NCBI RefSeq assembly: GCF_016127575.1
Contig: NZ_CP066018.1
Location: 60,001-92,000 of the forward strand
Reading direction: 5' to 3'
Origin: Cupriavidus necator
GTDB taxonomy: Bacteria > Pseudomonadota > Gammaproteobacteria > Burkholderiales > Burkholderiaceae
DNA: 32,000 nucleotides
Numbering within the stretch: the first letter of the stretch is position 1; each line of letters begins with the position of its first letter. The notes below the pieces were generated by a model. It made no database searches. It had not been told where the DNA came from and worked only from the letters and a program-made list of their open reading frames with translations. Positions 25,560-32,000 of the stretch are shown in pieces. Both the position numbers and the translations under genes were made by a program.

Positions 25560-27458
25560 TTAGCGCCAGTCGCCGCGCAGGGCCTGCACCATCTGCTGCA
25601 GCCCTTCGGGGGTGGCGGCCTCGGGCGGCACCGGCTCGCCCACCACCAGTTCCAGCCGGTTCAGGATGCCGCGCCGGAACGGCCGCGACATCGCCGGTGC
25701 CCCCTTGCGCGAAAAGAAGCTGCCCCACAGCCCGCGCAGCGCCATCGGCACCACCGGCACCGGCGTGCGCCGGATGATCTGCTGCACGCCCTGCCTGAAC
25801 GGGTTGATCTCGCCGGTGGCGGTGATCTTGCCTTCGGGGAAGATGCAGACCAGATCCCCCTCGTCCAGCGCCTGCGCCACGCTGTCATAGGCACGCCTGA
25901 GCATGTCCGGATTCTCGTGCGCCGGCGCGATCGGGATAGCGCGGGCCTGGCGGAAGAACCACGACAGCAGCGGCACCCTGAAGATGTTGTGGTCCATCAG
26001 GAAGCGCACCGGGCGTGGGCTGCAGGCCATCAGCACCACCGCGTCGGCAAAGCTGACGTGGTTGCAGACCAGCACGGCCGGGCCGTCGGCGGGAATGCGC
26101 TCGGCATTGACGCGGCGCAGCCGGTAGAGGGTATGGACCAGGATCCACGCGATAAAGCGCAGCAGGAATTCCGGCACCAGCGAGTAGATGTAGACCGCCA
26201 CCACCGCATTGAGCAGCCCCACCACCAGGAACAGCTGCGGGATGCTGTAGCCCGCCTGCGTCATCGCCACGCCCAGCAGCGACGCGGCGATCATGAAGAA
26301 GCTGTTCAGGATGTTGTTGGCGGCGATGATGCGGGCGCGGTGCGTGGGCGCGCTGCGGCTCTGGATCAGCGCGTACAGCGGCACGCTGTAGAAGCCGCCG
26401 AACATGGCCAGCAGGAACAGGTCCGCCAGCACGCGCCAGTGGCGCGGCTCGGCCAGGAAGCCGCCGATGCTGCTGAGCGCCACGGGTGCCTGCCCCTGGC
26501 TGGCAAAGTACAGGTCGACCGCGAACACCGTCATGCCGATCGAGCCGAACGGCACCAGGCCGATCTCGACATGGCGCCCGGACAAGCGCTCGCACAGCAA
26601 TGAACCGGTGCCGATGCCCAGCGAGAACACCGCCAGCAGCAGCGTCACCACGTTCTGGTCGCCGCCCAGCACATCCTTGGCATAGCTGAAGAACGAGGTC
26701 AGGAAGGTGGCGCCCAGGAACCACAGCCACGAAATGCCGAGCAGGCTCAGGAATACCGTGCGGTTGCCACGCGCCAGCACCAGGTTGCGCCAGGTCTCGG
26801 AAAACGGGTTCCAGTTGATGCGCAGGTCCGGCTGCGGCGCCGGCGAAACCGGGATGCGGCCCGACACCAGCCGCCCCGCCACGGCGATCACCACGCACAC
26901 CGCGCCCACGTACATCGGCCCCACGATGGTTCCGCCCTGCTGCAGCCCGGCCAGTTCGCCGCCGATCAGCGTCCCGATCAGGATCGCGACAAAGGTGCCC
27001 ATCTCCACCATGCCGTTGCCGCCGACCAGTTCGCTTTCATCCAGGTGCTGCGGCAGGTAGGCAAACTTGACCGGCCCGAACAGCGTGGAATGCAGCCCCA
27101 TCAGGAAGGTGCCGGCGTACAGCAGCGGCGCGCTGTGCCAGGCAAAGCCGGCCAGGCCCAGCACCATGATGGCGATTTCCAGCGACTTGACCAGCCGGAT
27201 CAGGCGCGACTTCTCCAGCTTGTCGGCGATCTGCCCGCTGGTGGCGGAGAACAGCACGAACGGCGCGATAAAGATGGCCGAGATCAGGAAGGCCGCGCTG
27301 CGCGCGTCCACGCCCTCGAACAGCGCCGTGTGGTAGGTCACCAGCGAGGTGAAGGCGACCTTGAAGACGTTGTCGTTCATCGCCCCCAGGAACTGGGTCC
27401 AGAAGAACGGGGCGAAGCGGCGCAGGCCGAGCAGTCGGAACTGGCTGGGTTGGCTCAT
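25560..27458 (-). CDS. Fusion of an MFS lysophospholipid-transporter-like domain (LplT) and a PlsC-type acyltransferase
   Basis: The ATG at 27458 gives 632 aa. The N-terminal part, about 400 aa, is polytopic MFS (FRLLGLRRFAPFFWTQFLGAMNDNVFK). The C-terminal part carries the acyltransferase HX4D motif (CNHVSFADAVV) and FPEGKIT. Confidence 0.85.
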   Translation of the reverse strand: MSQPSQFRLLGLRRFAPFFWTQFLGAMNDNVFKVAFTSLVTYHTALFEGVDARSAAFLISAIFIAPFVLFSATSGQIADKLEKSRLIRLVKSLEIAIMVLGLAGFAWHSAPLLYAGTFLMGLHSTLFGPVKFAYLPQHLDESELVGGNGMVEMGTFVAILIGTLIGGELAGLQQGGTIVGPMYVGAVCVVIAVAGRLVSGRIPVSPAPQPDLRINWNPFSETWRNLVLARGNRTVFLSLLGISWLWFLGATFLTSFFSYAKDVLGGDQNVVTLLLAVFSLGIGTGSLLCERLSGRHVEIGLVPFGSIGMTVFAVDLYFASQGQAPVALSSIGGFLAEPRHWRVLADLFLLAMFGGFYSVPLYALIQSRSAPTHRARIIAANNILNSFFMIAASLLGVAMTQAGYSIPQLFLVVGLLNAVVAVYIYSLVPEFLLRFIAWILVHTLYRLRRVNAERIPADGPAVLVCNHVSFADAVVLMACSPRPVRFLMDHNIFRVPLLSWFFRQARAIPIAPAHENPDMLRRAYDSVAQALDEGDLVCIFPEGKITATGEINPFRQGVQQIIRRTPVPVVPMALRGLWGSFFSRKGAPAMSRPFRRGILNRLELVVGEPVPPEAATPEGLQQMVQALRGDWR

Positions 27459-27608
27459 GGATGGGCCGGTCGGTCGGCGGACCGCCGCGGAAGTGGGAAC
27501 GCCGGCAAGTTTGCCGGAGCCGGCGCCCGGCCGCCACCCCGCCACGGCCGCGCGGCGCCAACCGAGGGTATTTCCGAAGGAAGCTTCAGTCCGGGCGGCC
27601 CGGCGCCA

Positions 27609-28055
27609 TCACTCGGCGCGCTCTTCCGGCCAGTCGCGGATATAGGCCTTGAGCATCTTGTTCTCGAAGCTCTGGTCCTCGACCACGGCCTTGGCGACGT
27701 CGTAGAAGGAGATCACGCCCATCAGCGTGCGGTTGTCGAGCACCGGCAGGTAGCGGGTGTGACGCTCCAGCATCATGCGGCGGACCTCGTTGACGTCGGT
27801 CTCCATGGTGCAGGTCAGCGGCGCATCGTCCATCACCTTGCGGATGCTGGTGCCACCGACGTTGCCATGATTGCGGGCGAGTGTCTCGATGATCTCGCGG
27901 AAGGTCAGCATGCCGACCAGGTCGCCGTATTCCATCACCACCAGCGAGCCGATATCGTGCTCGGCCATGGTGTGGACGGCTACCAGCAAGGAGGTGTCAG
28001 GCGTCACGGTATAGAGCGTATTGCCCTTGATCTGGAGGATGTCGCTGACTTTCAT
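27609..28055 (-). CDS. CBS-pair domain protein
   Basis: 148 aa with two CBS repeats (TPDTSLLVAVHTMAEHDIGSLVVME...GMLTFREI; ...RHTRYLPVLDNRTLMGVISFYDV). GGAGA precedes the ATG. Confidence 0.88.
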   Translation of the reverse strand: MKVSDILQIKGNTLYTVTPDTSLLVAVHTMAEHDIGSLVVMEYGDLVGMLTFREIIETLARNHGNVGGTSIRKVMDDAPLTCTMETDVNEVRRMMLERHTRYLPVLDNRTLMGVISFYDVAKAVVEDQSFENKMLKAYIRDWPEERAE

Positions 28056-28294
28056 GTTGGTCTCCGCTGCCTGCGCTCAAACTGGGGGCATCGCTCCGGC
28101 GGGGGGCACAGGAGGCGATACCGGTCACATTGTTATCTGTCTACGGGTGTGCGGGCGCGCGCTGCATCACGGCGCCCCGTTGGCCGATCCTAGCCCAAAC
28201 CCGCCGTCAAAGTAAAGCAGGAGGCCGGTTTGCGGGCGTCGGCGCGCGCACGGTGCTACGATGCTGGCCGGAGACAACTCAAGGCCGACCGACC

Positions 28295-29605
28295 ATGTCC
28301 GGAACCCGATTCGACACGCTGGCGCTGCACGCCGGCGCCGCGCCAGACCCCGCCACCGGGGCCCGCGCCACCCCCATCCACCTGACCACGTCCTTCGTGT
28401 TCCGCGACAGCGAGCACGCCGCGTCGCTGTTCAACATGGAGCGCGCGGGGCACGTCTATTCCCGTATTTCCAACCCCACCGTGGCCGTGCTGGAAGAGCG
28501 CATCGCCGCGCTGGAGAACGGCGCCGGCGCCGTCGCCACGGCCTCGGGCCAGGCCGCGCTGCACCTGGCGGTGGCCACGCTGATGGGCGCGGGCTCGCAC
28601 GTGGTGGCCTCGTCGGCGCTGTACGGCGGCTCGCACAACCTGCTGCACTACACGCTGCGCCGCTTCGGCATCGAGACCACCTTCGTCAAGGCGCGCGACA
28701 TCGACGCCTGGCGCGCCGCGATCCGGCCCAATACCCGGCTGCTGTTCGGCGAGACCCTGGGCAACCCGGGGCTGGACGTGCTGGACATCCCGACGCTGGC
28801 GCAACTGGGCCAGGATAACGGCATCCCGTTGCTGGTGGATTCCACCTTCACCACGCCCTACCTGCTGCGCCCGTTCGATCACGGCGCCGGCCTGCTCTAC
28901 CACTCGGCCACCAAGTTCCTGGGCGGCCACGGCACCACCATCGGCGGCGTGCTGGTCGAAGGCGGCACTTTCGACTTCGAGGCCTCCGGGCGCTTCCCGG
29001 AGCTGTCCGAGCCGTACGAGGGCTTCCACAACATGGTGTTCACCGAGGAAAGCACGGTGGCGCCCTTCCTGCTGCGCGCGCGCCGCGAGGGCCTGCGCGA
29101 CTTCGGCGCCTGCATGAACCCGATGGCCGCCTGGCAACTGCTGCAGGGCGTTGAGACGCTGCCGCTGCGCATGAGCCGCCATGTCGACAACACCCGCAAG
29201 GTGGTGCAGTTCCTGGTCTCGCACCCGATGGTGGAGTCGGTGTCCTACCCGGAACTGGAATCGCACCCCGACTACGAACTGGCCAGGCGCCTGCTGCCGC
29301 GCGGCTGCGGCGCGGTGTTCAGCTTCAACCTGAAGGGCAACCGCGTGGCCGGCCAGCGCTTCATCGAGAGCATGTCGCTGTTCTCGCACCTGGCCAATGT
29401 GGGCGACGCGCGCTCGCTGGTGATCCACCCGGCCTCGACCACGCACTTCCGCATGGACGCGGCGGCGCTGCAGTCGGCAGGCATCACCGAGGGCACGATC
29501 CGGCTCTCGATCGGGCTGGAAGACCCGGATGACCTGATCGACGATCTCAAGCGCGGCCTGAAGGCGGCCGAGAAAGCCATGAGCGGCAAGGGAGGGCAAG
29601 CCTGA
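28295..29605 (+). CDS. metY: O-acetylhomoserine aminocarboxypropyltransferase (sulfhydrylase)
   Basis: The ATG at 28295 gives 436 aa: MSGTRFDTLALHAGAAPDPATGARATPIHLTTSFVF...SRISNPT...YHSATKFLGGHGT (PLP-binding Lys)...IRLSIGLEDPDDLIDDL. Confidence 0.93.
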   Translation: MSGTRFDTLALHAGAAPDPATGARATPIHLTTSFVFRDSEHAASLFNMERAGHVYSRISNPTVAVLEERIAALENGAGAVATASGQAALHLAVATLMGAGSHVVASSALYGGSHNLLHYTLRRFGIETTFVKARDIDAWRAAIRPNTRLLFGETLGNPGLDVLDIPTLAQLGQDNGIPLLVDSTFTTPYLLRPFDHGAGLLYHSATKFLGGHGTTIGGVLVEGGTFDFEASGRFPELSEPYEGFHNMVFTEESTVAPFLLRARREGLRDFGACMNPMAAWQLLQGVETLPLRMSRHVDNTRKVVQFLVSHPMVESVSYPELESHPDYELARRLLPRGCGAVFSFNLKGNRVAGQRFIESMSLFSHLANVGDARSLVIHPASTTHFRMDAAALQSAGITEGTIRLSIGLEDPDDLIDDLKRGLKAAEKAMSGKGGQA

Positions 29606-30429
29606 TGGAACTGACCATTGCCGGCCAGCCGGCCTACGCCTATACCGGCGGCAAACCCTTCGATCCCGCCCTGCCCTGTGCCGTGTTCGTCCACGGCGCG
29701 CAGAACGACCATAGCGTGTGGGCTCTGCAGACGCGCTGGTTTGCCAACCACGGCTTCTCGGTGTTGGCGGTGGACCTGCCGGGCCACAACCGCAGCAAGG
29801 GCGCGCCGCTCGCCACCGTCGAGGCCATGGCCGACTGGGTCATGGCGCTGGTGGCCGCCGCCGGCGTGAAGACGCCGGCCTTCGTGTTCGGCCACAGCAT
29901 GGGCTCGCTGATCGCGCTGGAATGCGCGGCGCGGCATGCGCAGGCGGTGCGCGGCATCGGCCTGCTGGCGACGGCCTACCCGATGAAGGTCTCGGACGCG
30001 CTGCTGGACGCCTCGCTCAACCGCGAGGGCGAGGCCATCGCCATGGTCAATACCTGGTCGCATTCGAGCCTGGCCAACAAGCCGTCTTCGCCCGGGCCGG
30101 GCGCGTGGATGCACGGCGGCAGCCAGCGGCTGATGGAGCGCGTGTCGCGCAACAACCCGCAGGCCCATGTGTTCCACAATGACTTCTCGGCCTGCAATGC
30201 CTACGCCCATGGCGAAGAGGCCGCGGCCGCAGTGGCCTGCCCGGCGCTCTTCATCACCGGCACCAAGGACATGATGACGTCGCCCAAGGCGGCCCAGGCG
30301 CTGGCCGGCAAGATGGCCAAGGCAAGCCTGGTCACGGTGCCGTGCGGCCACGCGCTGATGGGCGAACGCCCGGATGAAGTGCTGGACGCGCTGGCGGCCT
30401 TTGCGCGCAAGGTGGTCGCTGCCGGCTAA
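29605..30429 (+). CDS. Alpha/beta hydrolase of unknown specificity
   Basis: 274 aa with HG (VFVHGAQND), nucleophile elbow GHSMGS and a C-terminal CGHALM His motif. Its ATG overlaps the metY TGA (TGATG). Confidence 0.85.
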   Translation: MELTIAGQPAYAYTGGKPFDPALPCAVFVHGAQNDHSVWALQTRWFANHGFSVLAVDLPGHNRSKGAPLATVEAMADWVMALVAAAGVKTPAFVFGHSMGSLIALECAARHAQAVRGIGLLATAYPMKVSDALLDASLNREGEAIAMVNTWSHSSLANKPSSPGPGAWMHGGSQRLMERVSRNNPQAHVFHNDFSACNAYAHGEEAAAAVACPALFITGTKDMMTSPKAAQALAGKMAKASLVTVPCGHALMGERPDEVLDALAAFARKVVAAG

Positions 30430-30531
30430 GCCTGGTCGCGGATGGCTGGCCGGCCACGCCGGCGGCCAGCCTCCCGACACCTCGGCGCAGAAGGTCTACA
30501 CTGCACAAAACAAGACCTGCCGGAGACAGCC

Positions 30532-30849
30532 ATGGCCCACGCCCGCGCGCGCGAGTTCGAGAACTTCGCGGCCTTCTATCCCTACTACCTGAGCGAACAC
30601 CAGAACCGTACCTGCCGGCGCCTGCATTTTGCCGGGTCGACGGTAGCGTTGCTGTGCCTGGTGGCGCTGGTGGTTACCGGCAATGCATGGTGGCTGCTGG
30701 CCGCCGTGCTGGCAGGCTACGCCTTTGCCTGGGTCGGGCACTTTGGTTTCGAGAAGAACCGGCCGGCGACGTTCCGGCATCCGCTCTACAGCCTGATGGG
30801 AGACTGGGTGATGTATGCCGATATCTGGCGGGGCAGGATCCCGTTCTGA
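30532..30849 (+). CDS. DUF962 (Mpo1-like) small membrane protein
   Basis: The ATG at 30532 is preceded by GGAG and gives 105 aa: FAAFYPYYLSEHQNRTCRRLHFAGST...AFAWVGHFGFEKNRPATFRHPLYSLMGDWVM. Confidence 0.8.
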   Translation: MAHARAREFENFAAFYPYYLSEHQNRTCRRLHFAGSTVALLCLVALVVTGNAWWLLAAVLAGYAFAWVGHFGFEKNRPATFRHPLYSLMGDWVMYADIWRGRIPF

Positions 30850-30877
30850 GCAACTTCACTGTCGCAGGGGGCGGACC

Positions 30878-32000
30878 TTACACCTGGCCATGCCAGCCCG
30901 GCGGCACCACTTCCAGCGTGCGCCGCTGGGGGTGGCTCCCCCCATCCCCTTCAGTCGGCGGCAGATCAGCCGGCTGCTGCCGGAACACCGCCTCCAGCGT
31001 CTGATCCAGCTGCGGATTGTCCAGGACCGACTTGAGCGCATCCGCCCCTTGCAGCTGCTGCGCCAGCGCGGTGCGCGGCAGCCGCGGCAGGTTCAGCACC
31101 AGCCGGTCATGCAGCGTGCGCAACGTCACCTGTGACGGATTGCACAGCAGTGCCCAATGGGCCTGACCACGCTCCTGCTGCAAGCGCCCGACCAGATGCA
31201 TGGCCTTGAGCTTGCCCAGCAGGTCCGACAGGTAATCGGCCTCGACCCGCAGCTTGCGGCCCAGGTCCAGTTCGCCAACGCTGCGCGGCACCTCGTCGCG
31301 CGCGCGGTAGAGCAGCAGCAGCACGCCCAGCGCATCGAAGAACTCGCTGCCGGCAAAGGTGCGGCGGCGCCAGTAGCCCTGCCGGATCACCGGCAGGTTG
31401 GCGGCAATGGTCGCACCCAGCAGCGTCACCAGCCAGCTCAGGTAGATCCACAGCAGGAACAGCGGCAACGCGGCGAAGGTGCCGTAGACCGCGGTATAGG
31501 CCGGGATCTCGGTGATGAAATAGCCGAAGCCGCGCTTGGCGAACTCGAACGCGACCGCCGCCACCAGGCCGGCCACGATGGCATCGCGCCATTCGACATA
31601 GGCATTGGGCACCGCCGTGTACAGGAAGGCGAAGGCCAGCGCCGACAGCAGCACCGGCGTCGCGCCCACCAGCAGCCCCAGCCCCACCGGCATGGTGCCG
31701 ACATAGCCCGCCGAGACCGAGATCAGGTAGGAGCTGATCGACAGGCTCGCGCCGATCAGCACCGGCCCGAAGGTCAGCACCGCCCAGAACACCAGCACCC
31801 GCTGCGCCAGCGGGCGGCGCTGCTTGACGCGCCAGATCGCGTTGAGCGCGTCTTCCACGGTCAGCATGGTCAGCACCGAGGTGACCATCAACCCGCCCAG
31901 GCCCATTGCGGTCAGCCCGCGCGCGCTCTTGGCGAACATGCCGAGGTAGCGCTGGATCGATTCACTGACGTTGCCGGGGATCAGGTTCTGGAACAGGAAC
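30878..32000 (-). CDS. YihY/BrkB-family inner-membrane protein; the 5' end lies beyond the window
   Basis: ORF 30878..31939(-) stays open upstream to the window edge (FLFQNLIPGNVSESIQRYLGMFAKSARGL...). It has a polytopic core followed by a soluble C-terminal tail of about 150 aa. Confidence 0.85.
   Translation of the reverse strand, partial: FLFQNLIPGNVSESIQRYLGMFAKSARGLTAMGLGGLMVTSVLTMLTVEDALNAIWRVKQRRPLAQRVLVFWAVLTFGPVLIGASLSISSYLISVSAGYVGTMPVGLGLLVGATPVLLSALAFAFLYTAVPNAYVEWRDAIVAGLVAAVAFEFAKRGFGYFITEIPAYTAVYGTFAALPLFLLWIYLSWLVTLLGATIAANLPVIRQGYWRRRTFAGSEFFDALGVLLLLYRARDEVPRSVGELDLGRKLRVEADYLSDLLGKLKAMHLVGRLQQERGQAHWALLCNPSQVTLRTLHDRLVLNLPRLPRTALAQQLQGADALKSVLDNPQLDQTLEAVFRQQPADLPPTEGDGGSHPQRRTLEVVPPGWHGQV

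Noticed and set aside
28169-28226. Identifying the metY leader pseudoknot as a SAM-II riboswitch
   Set aside because: I cannot reproduce the SAM-II consensus from memory well enough to match it, and the AGGAGG is not positioned at the metY start. I report it only as an unclassified candidate structure.
28230-28385. TTG-initiated short ORF 5 nt after the AGGAGG upstream of metY
   Set aside because: It is out of frame with metY, overlaps the metY start, has an Arg/Ala/Pro-rich composition and gives no recognisable product.
1-32000. CRISPR arrays, tandem repeats, insertion sequences, and toxin-antitoxin or defence gene pairs
   Set aside because: Reading both strands, I saw no regularly spaced direct repeats and no transposase or integrase-like ORFs. 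Every intergenic gap over 100 bp is accounted for by promoters, leaders or terminators. A computational repeat search would still be worthwhile.

Overview
The window is GC-rich, with codons ending mostly in G or C. It reads as core chromosome of a Burkholderiaceae betaproteobacterium. The gene order matches what I recall of Cupriavidus necator / Ralstonia eutropha chromosome 1, but that needs a BLASTN check. I call 31 protein genes (one runs off the right edge) and one tRNA. In order: rpmI-infC-thrS (minus strand), tRNA-Val(GAC), a RelA-type (p)ppGpp synthetase, and a RidA-family protein. Next is a 3-hydroxybutyrate / acetoacetate (PHB mobilisation) neighbourhood: an alpha/beta hydrolase, 3-hydroxybutyrate dehydrogenase, a DUF411 protein, 3-oxoacid CoA-transferase subunits A and B, a PAS-LuxR regulator and a hotdog thioesterase. 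Then come a TRAP transporter (order Q-M-P), an SDR, ETF-ubiquinone oxidoreductase, and a family I.2 lipase with its Lif foldase preceded by a PilZ (c-di-GMP) protein. The rest is a GntR regulator with an LhgO-like flavoenzyme, an MFS transporter, aroC, a GST, an LplT-acyltransferase fusion, a CBS-pair protein, metY coupled to an alpha/beta hydrolase, a DUF962 protein and a partial YihY/BrkB-family gene. I saw no CRISPR array, transposase, integrase, phage gene, toxin-antitoxin pair or recognisable defence gene. I do not see a convincing new multi-gene system. The observations most worth a second look are cis-regulatory. (1) A 14-codon mini-ORF with three consecutive Thr codons, followed by a strong intrinsic terminator, lies between tRNA-Val and thrS. 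(2) infC is forced to start at AUC. (3) The 8-mer GGTACAAT, inside inverted repeats, sits at the same offset in two divergent promoter regions of the ketone-body cluster. (4) The leader upstream of metY can fold into a pseudoknot. The many very long ORFs antisense to real genes are high-GC artefacts.
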